DNA from: an uncultured Flavobacteriales bacterium | GTDB lineage: Bacteria > Bacteroidota > Bacteroidia > Flavobacteriales_G > NORP312 | NCBI GenBank assembly: GCA_964560645.1 | Contig: CAZLMS010000001.1 | Span: 1-38,688, forward strand | Direction: 5' to 3' | DNA: 38,688 bases | Part shown: piece by piece, positions 1 to 8,978 of the stretch | Layout: the number at the start of each line of letters is the position of its first letter | Position numbering within the stretch: position 1 is the first letter of the stretch | Made by a program: the position numbers and the translations under genes | The notes under the pieces: model-generated | The model's input: the letters and a program-made list of their open reading frames with translations, nothing else | Told to the model about the DNA's origin: nothing | Databases searched by the model: none

Positions 1-193
1 ACCATACAGTTCGTTGTGTAAAACTAAATTTAAAAATAATTTTTAACACATTGAATACCTGCTTGCAATATTTTTTTAACTTTGGCAGTATCACATTAAA
101 ATCAAAAATGAAAGTTGGAAATCATTATGGTTATTGGTTTTTGTTATGATAATGTAGTCAAGAAACTTTAAACAACTTTTTCAAATAAAACAA

Positions 194-201
194 TACCTTT
201 G
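194..201 (+). promoter_or_regulatory. candidate -7 box TACCTTTG for the bactofilin operon
   Basis: 14 nt upstream of ATG 216. Confidence 0.35.
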
Positions 202-215
202 TAAAAAAACATAAA

Positions 216-644
216 ATGTTTTCTAAAAGCACAAAACAAATGGCAAAACAGCAAGATTCAGATAATCAAGCGTATAACTTAATTGACGCCGGAACAGTTC
301 TAAAAGGAGACATTCAAACTAAGGGAAATATAAGAATAGACGGCGTGTTGATAGGAACAATTCGTTCAAAAGGAAAAGTTGTGGTAGGACCCGGCGGAAA
401 AGTAGAAGGAGAAATTGAATGCCAGAATGCCGATATTTCGGGTACATTGAAGGCTAAAATAAATGTAGAACAGCTCTTGGCTCTGAAATCTACGGCAAAT
501 ATTTACGGTGATATTCAAACACAAAAACTTTCCATTGAACCCGGGGCTAATTTTACGGGAACGTGCAGTATGGGAGGCATGGTAAAAGAACTCTCCGATG
601 CAGATAAACAAGAACAACAAGAAATCAAAGAGCAATCCGCTTAA
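216..644 (+). CDS. bactofilin (polymer-forming cytoskeletal protein, DUF583)
   Basis: 142-aa ORF. Repetitive beta-helix pattern typical of bactofilins (GTVLKGDIQTKGNIRIDGVLIGTIRSKGKVVVGPGGKVEGEIEC..ADISGTL.A.I...L.L.STA.I.GDI....L.IE.GA.F.G.C.M) with an acidic, disordered C-terminal tail. Confidence 0.85.
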   Translation: MFSKSTKQMAKQQDSDNQAYNLIDAGTVLKGDIQTKGNIRIDGVLIGTIRSKGKVVVGPGGKVEGEIECQNADISGTLKAKINVEQLLALKSTANIYGDIQTQKLSIEPGANFTGTCSMGGMVKELSDADKQEQQEIKEQSA

Positions 645-822
645 CACCTATGCTCAATATTCCGGAATTGCATTTAAAATGGCAATAGTAATCGGCGGGG
701 GAGTTTACGGAGGAATAAAGCTGGATGAAAAATATTCGACTTCCCCTCTTTTCACCTTGGTTTTTTCTCTATTATCGGTTGGATTGGCTATTTATTTTGT
801 GGTAAAAGATTTATCCCGGTGA
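598..822 (+). CDS. AtpZ/AtpI family small membrane protein
   Basis: 74-aa ORF with a Lys/Asn-rich N-terminus, then YAQYSGIAFKMAIVIGGGVYGGIKLDEKY and a second TM helix, the usual AtpZ layout. The only in-frame start upstream of the conserved YSG segment is ATG 598, giving a 47-nt overlap with the bactofilin tail. Confidence 0.7.
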   Translation: MQINKNNKKSKSNPLNTYAQYSGIAFKMAIVIGGGVYGGIKLDEKYSTSPLFTLVFSLLSVGLAIYFVVKDLSR

Positions 823-1178
823 GACATAAAAGTGCAATTCTTTTCGCATCATTTATCGTATTGCTGTTTTCAAACATTTTATTGGCAAATCAGCTGGAAA
901 TAAAAAAACTTTTGCCGATATACCTTATACACACTTATTTTTTAATATTCGGTTTGATAAGCGTAAAAATATTAAGTCATAGAAATCTTTCAGACAAGCG
1001 GTTTATTACCTATTTTATGGGAATTACAGCCGCTAAGTTGTTTACTTCGCTTATTTTGTTGGTAATTATTTTACTTTTTGATAAATCTCATAAGATATTT
1101 TGGGCAGCATCGTTTGGAGTAGCCTATATGGTTTCTCTTTTTCAGGAAGTAATATTTAATTTAAAAAGAAAGTCATGA
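819..1178 (+). CDS. small polytopic membrane protein (DUF6168-like; the kind of ORF that usually follows AtpZ in Bacteroidota)
   Basis: 119-aa ORF with about 4 hydrophobic helices. GTG start overlaps the AtpZ stop (GTGA), and its stop overlaps the next ATG (ATGA). The family name is recalled from memory, not verified. Confidence 0.55.
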   Translation: MRHKSAILFASFIVLLFSNILLANQLEIKKLLPIYLIHTYFLIFGLISVKILSHRNLSDKRFITYFMGITAAKLFTSLILLVIILLFDKSHKIFWAASFGVAYMVSLFQEVIFNLKRKS

Positions 1179-3766
1179 AAAACAATAATTTAATAATTGT
1201 TGCGGGAATAGTTTTTTTAACAAGTTGTAATATTTTACAAAAAACCGCTTATGATGAGGGTGAACCCATAACCATTGATTTGGATACCGTTAGGATAGAA
1301 GAATATAAACAGCCGGTTTATCAAGCCAGTGAAAAGCGAATCAACGATTTGATTCACACTAAACTCGACGTGCGTTTTGATTGGGAAAAACAATATCTTT
1401 ACGGGAAAGCACACCTTACGCTTAAGCCGTATTTCTATCCCACAGACTCTCTCGTTCTCGATGCTAAAGGTTTTGATATTCACAAAGTAGAATTAACAGG
1501 TAAAGAAAACAAACCTTTGGCATATCAATACGATGGAAACGTTTTAAAAATAGAACTCGATAAAATTTACACACGAAAAGACACCTATCAAATATTTATT
1601 GATTATACTGCCAAACCCAACGAGAGAGAAGCCGGCGGCTCGCGAGCCATTACCTCCGATAAAGGTCTGTATTTTATCAACCCTTTGGGAAAAGACCCGA
1701 ATAAACCCCGGCAAATTTGGACTCAAGGAGAAACAGAATCCAATTCATGCTGGTTTCCCACTATAGATAAGCCCAACGAAAAAATGACTCAGGAAATCAA
1801 AATTACGGTGGACACCAACTTTGTAACGCTTTCTAACGGATTGTTGGAAATGCAAACCGAAAACGGAGACGGAACCCGTTCAGATTACTGGGCTCAATAT
1901 CAACCGCATGCACCTTATTTGGTAATGATGGCTATAGGAGAATTTACTATTACCGAAGACAGTTGGAGAGATTCAATTCCCGTGCATTATTATTTGGAAA
2001 AAGAATATCAACCCTATGCTAAGGAAATTTTCGGACGCACCCCAAAAATGATAGAATTTTTCTCTAAGCGTTTGGGATATGATTACCCCTGGAAAAAATA
2101 TCATCAGGTGGTTGTTCGGGATTATGTGTCCGGAGCCATGGAAAACACCACAGCCGTTATTCACGGAGAATTTGTTCAAAAAACACATCGTCAGATGATT
2201 GACGGAAACTCTGACGATATTATTGCTCATGAGTTGTTTCATCATTGGTTTGGAGACTTGGTTACATGCGAATCTTGGGCAAACCTTCCGCTTAACGAAT
2301 CTTTTGCCACCTACGGAGAATACTTGTGGAGAGAGTTCTACGAAGGAAAAGCATCCGCCGACTTTCACCTGGACCGTGATTTAAACCGCTATCTTCTCGA
2401 GTCGGAAAGAAAACAAGTGGATATGATTCGCTTTGATTATGAAGACCGGGAAGATATGTTTGACGCACATTCATACGCCAAAGGAGGGAGAATTTTACAC
2501 ATGCTCCGAAATTATGTAGGAGATGAGGCTTTTTTTGCCGCACTTCAATATTATTTAAAACAAAACGAATATCGTCCGGTAGAAATTCATCATTTACGAT
2601 TGGCTTTTGAAGAAATAACCGGCGAAGATTTAAACTGGTTTTTCAATCAATGGTTTTTAGCTTCGGGACATCCCGAGCTGGAAATTACTCAATCCTACAA
2701 CGATTCTTTACAACAACTTCAACTAACCGTAGAACAAAAACAAGACTTCACAAAAACGCCGCTCTACCAACTTCCGGTAGCCATTGATATTTATACGGAA
2801 AAAGGAAAAATCAGAAAAAAAGTATGGATAAAACAAGGAAAGGAAACATTTGTTTTTAAAACAGACAAACCTTTGCTGGTAAATTTTGACGGAGACAAGA
2901 TGCTACTTTGTGAAAAAACAGACCTTAAGTCTCTTGAACAATGGATTTACCAATATTATCATGCACCATTGTATAAAGATAAAGCAGAAGCAATAGAGGT
3001 ATGCGGATTTAAAGCCGCATACGACAAACGAGCAGCCAAAGTAATTTTAGATGCGCTTTCGGATTCCCTTTGGATGATTAGAAAAGCGGCAATAGACGAG
3101 GTGCAGGAAGCAAAAATTTCTTATAAAGAGGATACTAAAAACCGATTGGCGGAGATGACGCTTACTGATGAAAACCCGCTGGTTCGGGCAGCAGCTTTGG
3201 ATGCATTGGTAAATTATTTTGATGACGTTGAAATAGAACCGTTGTTAATTGAAAAAACAGCGGATTCATCTTATGCGGTCTTAGCATCTGTTTTACGCGG
3301 CATGGCAAAAATCAATCCTCAAAAAGCACTGGAACTTGCCAAAAAATACGAAAATGAAAACGAATCGAAAATTATCAGCCAAATATTAAGATTATATGCA
3401 GAACACGGCGATTCTACCAAGTTTAATTATTTTATGGCGACAGAGTCTAAACTTTCTTCTTTTAGCAAATTTTCTTGGCTCATCAATATGGAAACCTTTT
3501 TGGTTAACCATTCTTCCAACGACAGTTTGTTGGAAGCCGGAATCAATAAAATAGCATATTACGCCACTTCGTCAGGAATGAAATTTTTAAAGAATTACGC
3601 TCAATACGCCCTGGTAAATTTAGTGTCGGTTTATGACGCTAAAATACAGGCAATAAATCAAAAAATACAAACAATTACAGATGAAAAAGAAATAGCCGAA
3701 CTTCAGAAAAAACAAGATTACTATAATGCCAAAAAACAAGAAATAAAAGCATATATTGAAAATTAG
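1175..3766 (+). CDS. pepN: M1 family aminopeptidase N, lipoprotein, with C-terminal HEAT-like repeats
   Basis: 863 aa. GAMEN exopeptidase motif (SGAMENTT) and zinc motif HELFHHWFGD-x-NE, which is HExxH-x18-E counted directly. Lipobox LTSC near the N-terminus. Confidence 0.9.
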   Translation: MKNNNLIIVAGIVFLTSCNILQKTAYDEGEPITIDLDTVRIEEYKQPVYQASEKRINDLIHTKLDVRFDWEKQYLYGKAHLTLKPYFYPTDSLVLDAKGFDIHKVELTGKENKPLAYQYDGNVLKIELDKIYTRKDTYQIFIDYTAKPNEREAGGSRAITSDKGLYFINPLGKDPNKPRQIWTQGETESNSCWFPTIDKPNEKMTQEIKITVDTNFVTLSNGLLEMQTENGDGTRSDYWAQYQPHAPYLVMMAIGEFTITEDSWRDSIPVHYYLEKEYQPYAKEIFGRTPKMIEFFSKRLGYDYPWKKYHQVVVRDYVSGAMENTTAVIHGEFVQKTHRQMIDGNSDDIIAHELFHHWFGDLVTCESWANLPLNESFATYGEYLWREFYEGKASADFHLDRDLNRYLLESERKQVDMIRFDYEDREDMFDAHSYAKGGRILHMLRNYVGDEAFFAALQYYLKQNEYRPVEIHHLRLAFEEITGEDLNWFFNQWFLASGHPELEITQSYNDSLQQLQLTVEQKQDFTKTPLYQLPVAIDIYTEKGKIRKKVWIKQGKETFVFKTDKPLLVNFDGDKMLLCEKTDLKSLEQWIYQYYHAPLYKDKAEAIEVCGFKAAYDKRAAKVILDALSDSLWMIRKAAIDEVQEAKISYKEDTKNRLAEMTLTDENPLVRAAALDALVNYFDDVEIEPLLIEKTADSSYAVLASVLRGMAKINPQKALELAKKYENENESKIISQILRLYAEHGDSTKFNYFMATESKLSSFSKFSWLINMETFLVNHSSNDSLLEAGINKIAYYATSSGMKFLKNYAQYALVNLVSVYDAKIQAINQKIQTITDEKEIAELQKKQDYYNAKKQEIKAYIEN

Positions 3767-3788
3767 CAGCAAATTTTGCTTGCTTTTA
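3766..3788 (+). terminator. candidate intrinsic terminator after pepN
   Basis: GCAGCAAA / TTTGCT(T)GC stem with one bulge, followed by TTTTAT. AT-rich, so weak. Confidence 0.4.
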
Positions 3789-3800
3789 TCTCATTCACAC

Positions 3801-3808
3801 TATTTTTG
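3801..3808 (+). promoter_or_regulatory. candidate -7 box TATTTTTG for the TPR gene
   Basis: 23 nt upstream of ATG 3832. Confidence 0.35.
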
Positions 3809-3831
3809 AACGCAAGGTTGAAAGTTTCTTA

Positions 3832-4614
3832 ATGACACATCGGGTAAAACATACCATTATTTTATGCTTGTTTGCGGCATTTTCCGTAACACTGGTGGCA
3901 CAAGATTCTCAGGAGTTTGAAAAAGGATTGCTTTACTATAACCAGCGACATAAAAACGCCCGTAACTTAAAAGCCGACAAAACAATTATTTACAAAGCAA
4001 TTCAACATTTTGAGCAAGCACATAAGGAAAAACCTACGCCATTAACCTATGAATATCTGCTGAGAAGCTACTATTTTGCGGGTTTTTTTGTGGCAGAAAA
4101 CGATGAAAACAAGCTCTATTGGTATTCTAAAGGCACAAAAATCGGCAAAGAAGCTGCTCAAAAATATCCCGAAAATGCTCCTATTTTATATTGGTATTTG
4201 GCTAACATTTCCCAAGAGTCTAAAATAGAAGGTATTTGGTTTGCCATTAACAACAAGACCTTGTCCAAAGCCATGAAACTAATAGACGATATTATCAGAA
4301 TAGACCCTTATTATCAGGGAGGAGGGGGATACAGAAACAAGGCAATATTATACTATAAGGTACCGTATATACCTTTTGTGCTTACTTTTCCGGATGATGA
4401 AGAGGCTTTGAAATATTTTGAAAAAGCATTGGAAATTGATCCTGCTCATCCCACCACTTTGTATTTTTACGCAGAGTGTTTAAATGACCTCGGAGAAGAA
4501 GAAAAAGCTCGAAAAGCGCTTGAAAAAATCATTCGACAACCACCCCGACAGAGCTATTACTTAGAAGATTCGTATTTAATAGCAAAAGCAAAAAAACTTT
4601 TAGAGGAGTTGTAA
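3832..4614 (+). CDS. secreted TPR-like protein (possibly TatT-like)
   Basis: 260 aa with a signal peptide (ILCLFAAFSVTLVAQD) and helical-repeat sequence containing TPR-like segments (ALKYFEKALEIDPAHPTTLYFYAECLNDLGEEEKARKALEKI). Confidence 0.6.
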   Translation: MTHRVKHTIILCLFAAFSVTLVAQDSQEFEKGLLYYNQRHKNARNLKADKTIIYKAIQHFEQAHKEKPTPLTYEYLLRSYYFAGFFVAENDENKLYWYSKGTKIGKEAAQKYPENAPILYWYLANISQESKIEGIWFAINNKTLSKAMKLIDDIIRIDPYYQGGGGYRNKAILYYKVPYIPFVLTFPDDEEALKYFEKALEIDPAHPTTLYFYAECLNDLGEEEKARKALEKIIRQPPRQSYYLEDSYLIAKAKKLLEEL

Positions 4615-4652
4615 TACTATTGTAGCCGACAGCACGTTGTTAAACAAACACG

Positions 4653-6974
4653 ATGATAAAAAAGACCGCGTTTTTTGTTTTTCTATTGCTTGCAACAACA
4701 TGGGCATATACCCAAATATCTTTGGGAAATTGGCAAGAATACATTGCTTATCGAAAAGCTCGAAACATTGCTTTTGGCGACAATAAAGCATTTGTTTCAT
4801 CTTCAAACGGTATATTTATATTCAATCAAAACACTTCGGAAATTCAAAGACTGTCAAAAGTACAAGGACTGAGTGATATAAACATTACTGCTTTATATTT
4901 TCACGAATCCACGCACAATTTATTTATCGGATACAAAAACGGAAATATAGATGTGTATAATATCTCAACGGAAGATATTGTAAATATGGTAGCTATAAAA
5001 AATGCCGATATATTATCCGACAAAACCATATATAAAATAAGAGAACTTAACGGACTTTTGTATTTCTGTACGGGTTTTGGAGTAGTAGTCGTAAATCCGC
5101 AGAAACTCGAAGTCTTGGCAACATTTTATTTGAATGAGTTTAAAAATCGCTCTGCAAGAGACATTGCGGTGTATAACAATCGTTTTTACGTGGCTACGGA
5201 ACAAGGAATAGTATATGCCGACAGTCAGGAAAATTTAGCAGACTATCAAAATTGGCAACCCGATACATTATTTCCACGGCAAGATTCTTTAATCAATAAT
5301 TTGCTCAATTTTCGAGATAAACTCTTAGCCAACATGCACACTTCTTTATTTCAAGCAGATTCTGTTTACATTTTTGACGGAACTACGTGGAGTTTATTGT
5401 CGGAATTTAACAATAACAATCATTATTCTTTTCAAGTATCGGACAATTACTTGGTGGTAACCCATAATTATTCTGCCGACGTATACAATGCTGATTTTGA
5501 ATCGGAAAAGAAGTATTATACTGTGCAAAACAGTTCTCTGGAACCCAAGGATGCCATATATGACGAAAAAAACGGTATTTTATGGATAGCCGATTATACG
5601 CAAGGGCTTGTTTATGGGGATAATACATGGAATACCGTTAGTGTTTTCCCCGACGGACCGGCAACCGATTTTTCTTATAGAATTGATTTTCAAAATGGAA
5701 AACTGGCTGTAGCAAGCGGAGGAACAACTAACCGATTAGATGAAAAAAGTTATTTACGCGAAGGCTTTTATTTATATGAGAATGGACAATGGACCAATTT
5801 TACCCCTCAAAATTCAGATATTGACACACTGTCCGATTTCATTGCCGTGGCAGTGGACCCGTCCGATAAAAACCATGTGTTTTTGGGAGTTAACGGACAC
5901 GGAGTTTTAGAGCTTGAAGACAATCAAATTACAAATTTTTACAACCCGCAGAACAGCACTTTGCAGAAAACACCGATAGTTCAAGATTTTTATTTTGTGG
6001 GAATTACCGACCTGGCTTTTGATAACTCGGGCAATTTGTGGGTAGCAAACTCAAAAGCAGAAAACATACTAAGTGTCCGAACTCCCGAAGGAAAATGGTA
6101 TTCCTTTAATTTTTCCGCTTTCGTTCAATATCCTATAACGGGTCGAATTTTAGCGGATAATTTAAATCAAATCTGGATAACGCTTCCACACGGTGAAGGC
6201 GTGTTGGTTTTTAACCACAACAATACTTTTGATGACATTTCGGATGATAAAATACGTTTGCTTACCTCGGAGTCGGGAAAAGGCGGGTTAGCTTCCTCCG
6301 AGGTTTTTTGCTTAGTGCAAGATTTAAACAGGGAAATTTGGATAGGAACAACCAAAGGAATATCGGTAATAGGAGACCCTTCGTTGGTTTTTAGCGAAGA
6401 CCGGTTGGATGCACAAGAAATAAAGATAGACGAAGGCGGATTTGTGCAATATTTACTCGAGAGCGAAACAGTAATTGACATTGAAGTGGACGGAGCAAAC
6501 CGTAAATGGATTGGCACAAATAATACCGGGGTTTATTTGGTTTCAGAAACCGGCAAAGAAGAAATTATTCATTTTACCATGGAAAACAGTCCGTTGTTTA
6601 CTAATGAGATTATGGATTTGGATATCAATCCCGAAACGGGAGAGGTATATATAGCCACGGCATCCGGACTGCAATCATATTTTTCCGATGCTACGGAAGG
6701 TAGAGAAACATTTTCGGGAATATATGCTTTTCCGAATCCTGTAGAGAGAGATTACGAGGGGGCAATTGCCATTACGGGATTAACCCCCGATGCGTATGTA
6801 AAAATTACCGACGTGGCGGGAAATATCGTTTATTCGGCTCAAGGTAACGGCGGATTGGTGGTTTGGAACGGCGAAAACACGAAAGGCGAACGAGTGTCTC
6901 CGGGAGTGTATATCGTGTTGTGTTTAAGTAAAGACGGAGAGCAGGAAGGAATAACCAAAATTCTTGTAAAATAA
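4653..6974 (+). CDS. two-propeller T9SS cargo-type protein with T9SS C-terminal sorting domain; PorZ-like
   Basis: 773 aa with a signal peptide and repeated two-component-regulator-propeller style blades (NGI..F...., W.GT..G). C-terminal approx 80 aa (FPNPV....I.GL.....VKITDVAGNIV......G...W.G.N..GE.V.PGVYIV......G....KILV) match the T9SS CTD pattern. Size and architecture match PorZ (about 770 aa). Confidence 0.7.
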   Translation: MIKKTAFFVFLLLATTWAYTQISLGNWQEYIAYRKARNIAFGDNKAFVSSSNGIFIFNQNTSEIQRLSKVQGLSDINITALYFHESTHNLFIGYKNGNIDVYNISTEDIVNMVAIKNADILSDKTIYKIRELNGLLYFCTGFGVVVVNPQKLEVLATFYLNEFKNRSARDIAVYNNRFYVATEQGIVYADSQENLADYQNWQPDTLFPRQDSLINNLLNFRDKLLANMHTSLFQADSVYIFDGTTWSLLSEFNNNNHYSFQVSDNYLVVTHNYSADVYNADFESEKKYYTVQNSSLEPKDAIYDEKNGILWIADYTQGLVYGDNTWNTVSVFPDGPATDFSYRIDFQNGKLAVASGGTTNRLDEKSYLREGFYLYENGQWTNFTPQNSDIDTLSDFIAVAVDPSDKNHVFLGVNGHGVLELEDNQITNFYNPQNSTLQKTPIVQDFYFVGITDLAFDNSGNLWVANSKAENILSVRTPEGKWYSFNFSAFVQYPITGRILADNLNQIWITLPHGEGVLVFNHNNTFDDISDDKIRLLTSESGKGGLASSEVFCLVQDLNREIWIGTTKGISVIGDPSLVFSEDRLDAQEIKIDEGGFVQYLLESETVIDIEVDGANRKWIGTNNTGVYLVSETGKEEIIHFTMENSPLFTNEIMDLDINPETGEVYIATASGLQSYFSDATEGRETFSGIYAFPNPVERDYEGAIAITGLTPDAYVKITDVAGNIVYSAQGNGGLVVWNGENTKGERVSPGVYIVLCLSKDGEQEGITKILVK

Positions 6975-6984
6975 AAAAGCGGTT

Positions 6985-7614
6985 GTGGAAATTGTTGACA
7001 GAGCATTTGTGCTGAGTGTAAAAAAACTGACGGGAAACCGGCAATTGTTTGTTACATATACAGAAAAAGAAGGAAAAAAAACATTTATTTATTTTAGAAG
7101 GAAGACTCAAAAAAAAATTGTTCAGCCGTTTCATTTACTTGAAATAACCTATAAGCCGTCTGTTAAAAAAGAGATTTTAACGCTTCAAAAAATAGCATGG
7201 CAAAATGCATTAAGTACCATATTTTTCCACCCCGAAAAATCCATGCAAGCGGTTTTTTTGTCCGAAATACTTACACAAACAATTATTCCGGAAAGTAACG
7301 CAGAATTGTTTTATTTTTTGGAGCAAAGCACTTTGTATCTATCTGAAAATGAAGACAACAAATTTTATATTGATTTTTTGATTTTTTTCACAAAATATTT
7401 AGGCATAAACATATACAGCCATCCTTTGGAAGATTACCCGCCTTCTTTTGTTCAGTATGTTAAATCTCTCTCGACATATCAAGTTCAAAAGATAAACAGA
7501 ACACGAAAAAAAACGTATTTAGACTGTTTGTTGAGATATTATCAGGAACAAACAGGCATGGACTTAAAAATAAAATCACTACCTGTTATTCAGGCTTTTT
7601 TTGAAGGATATTAA
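6985..7614 (+). CDS. recO: DNA repair protein RecO (short, divergent)
   Basis: 209 aa with a GTG start. N-terminal OB-fold pattern (RAFVLSVKKL.....L.V.YT...GK.......RK........F.LLEI.Y......EI..L..I) followed by a helical domain (AVFLSEIL...I.E...N.ELF.FL). Confidence 0.7.
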   Translation: MEIVDRAFVLSVKKLTGNRQLFVTYTEKEGKKTFIYFRRKTQKKIVQPFHLLEITYKPSVKKEILTLQKIAWQNALSTIFFHPEKSMQAVFLSEILTQTIIPESNAELFYFLEQSTLYLSENEDNKFYIDFLIFFTKYLGINIYSHPLEDYPPSFVQYVKSLSTYQVQKINRTRKKTYLDCLLRYYQEQTGMDLKIKSLPVIQAFFEGY

Positions 7615-8822
7615 AGTTCCCCCTGTTTTTCCATTCTCGTTTGAAGGATTGCAGCAGATAACATGGTTATCAATCCGGTGAAAACGATTGCGGTATGTAT
7701 ATTTGTGCGGTCGGCAATAATGCCGGTAATCAGCGCGCCTATGGCATAGCCTAAGTCTCGCCACAAGCGAAAAACACCTATACTTTGTGCGCGGTCGAGA
7801 GGGTTGGTGTAATCGGCAATAGCAGCCAAAAAGACAGGATAAACAACGGCTGTTCCCAAACCCAACAAAGTAGAAAGAATAATAAATCCGGTGAGGGAGG
7901 AAACAAAAGGAAAAAACAAAAGTGCCGCGGCTTGAAGCAACATACCCGTAACCAAGAGCGTTTTCTTTGAAAAAACGTCCCCCATTTTTCCCGTAAACAA
8001 TTGTCCGATTCCCCATATTCCGGGATATATGGACACAACAATCCCTATTTGTTTAAGAGACAATTGTTTGGAAGCAAGAAGTAAAGGAAAAAGTCCCCAT
8101 ACTACCCCGTCGTTGAAATTATTGATTAGTCCGGCTTGGGTTACAGAGCCTAAATTTTTGTTTTTCCATGTAGTTTCCCAAAATATATTTTTTAACCGTT
8201 TTTGAATATTGGTTTGAGTTTCTTTTTTTACATGATGCCGGGTATCTTTTACAAACAGCAGGCTTAGCAACAGTCCGGCGATTGCCAAAACAATTCCTAT
8301 ATAAAACGGATAAGGGCGAAGACCGTATTTATCAGCAATCATTCCCGTAAAAAACGCAATTAAGGCAACTGACAGATAGCCTGCAAATTCGTTAATTCCC
8401 ATAGCGAAACCTCTTTGTTTTTCGCCGGCTAAATCAATTTTCATAATCACCGTACTGCTCCATGCCAACCCCTGATTGATTCCTAATAAGACGTTTGCTG
8501 CCATTATCTGATTCCAACTGTTGGCGGTCATTAAAATAACAGGCACGGGTAAGCCGAATAACCATCCCAATATCAAAAGGTTTTTTCTCCCCGTTTTATT
8601 GGATAAGACACCGGTAAAGTAGTTAGTAACAGCTTTGGATATTCCGAATACTACAATAAAAGAAAGAATAGAGGTTTTTACGTTTATATTAAATTCATGT
8701 TCGGCAATTTGGGGCAATATGGTACGCTCCAAACCTACCATTCCGCCCACAAAACCGTTGATTATTACGAGCAAAAAGAATTGATTGAAATTTTCTTTTA
8801 AGCCGAGCTTAACATCTTCCAC
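7611..8822 (-). CDS. MFS transporter
   Basis: 403 aa, about 12 TM helices, loop 2-3 signature-like GVLSNKTGRKNLLILG. GTG start. Confidence 0.85.
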   Translation of the reverse strand: MEDVKLGLKENFNQFFLLVIINGFVGGMVGLERTILPQIAEHEFNINVKTSILSFIVVFGISKAVTNYFTGVLSNKTGRKNLLILGWLFGLPVPVILMTANSWNQIMAANVLLGINQGLAWSSTVIMKIDLAGEKQRGFAMGINEFAGYLSVALIAFFTGMIADKYGLRPYPFYIGIVLAIAGLLLSLLFVKDTRHHVKKETQTNIQKRLKNIFWETTWKNKNLGSVTQAGLINNFNDGVVWGLFPLLLASKQLSLKQIGIVVSIYPGIWGIGQLFTGKMGDVFSKKTLLVTGMLLQAAALLFFPFVSSLTGFIILSTLLGLGTAVVYPVFLAAIADYTNPLDRAQSIGVFRLWRDLGYAIGALITGIIADRTNIHTAIVFTGLITMLSAAILQTRMEKQGEL

Positions 8823-8843
8823 TATAAATTGGCGTTTAAGCTA

Positions 8844-8851
8844 CAAAAATA
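8844..8851 (-). promoter_or_regulatory. candidate Bacteroidota -7 box TATTTTTG for the MFS gene
   Basis: The plus strand reads CAAAAATA; the motif ends 21 nt upstream of the GTG at 8822. Confidence 0.35.
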
Positions 8852-8978
8852 ATTTTTTAGCTCGACTTTTTCGGAAAGAGATTTTAAAGATTACAAAAAG
8901 AAGATAATCTCCACCTCCACCGCACCTCATTGTGGCGGTTGTTTTACAAGTGGGCGGTAATCAAAAATTTACGTTAAA

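Noticed and set aside
1-215. Possible 3' end of an upstream gene (frame 1 stops at 19..21) and a 13-codon mini-ORF at 109..150
   Set aside because: Seven codons cannot be identified, and the mini-ORF has no supporting signal. The region is treated as intergenic/promoter DNA.
366-647. Antisense or alternative-frame ORFs in the supplied track. Examples: 366..647, 1235..1483, 1973..2368, 5407..5628, 6167..6517, 6805..7134, 7579..8016, 7778..8041, 12297..12731, 16193..16789, 18353..18685, 19279..19839, 26703..27026, 27893..28240, 30544..30819, 30980..31261, 31911..32420, 32579..33225, 35563..36022, 37332..37804.
   Set aside because: Each lies wholly inside a longer ORF that has recognisable family motifs. 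They have odd composition (Phe/Leu/Ile/Cys/Arg-rich, as expected for shadows in AT-rich DNA) and no promoter box or motif of their own.
8900-8960. Imperfect hairpin CCACCGCAC..GTGGCGGTTG and a 29-aa minus-strand ORF (MRCGGGGDYLLF...) between the 64-aa gene and the MFS gene
   Set aside because: The stem has a bulge and no T-run on either strand. The ORF is tiny, featureless and overlaps the MFS promoter box.
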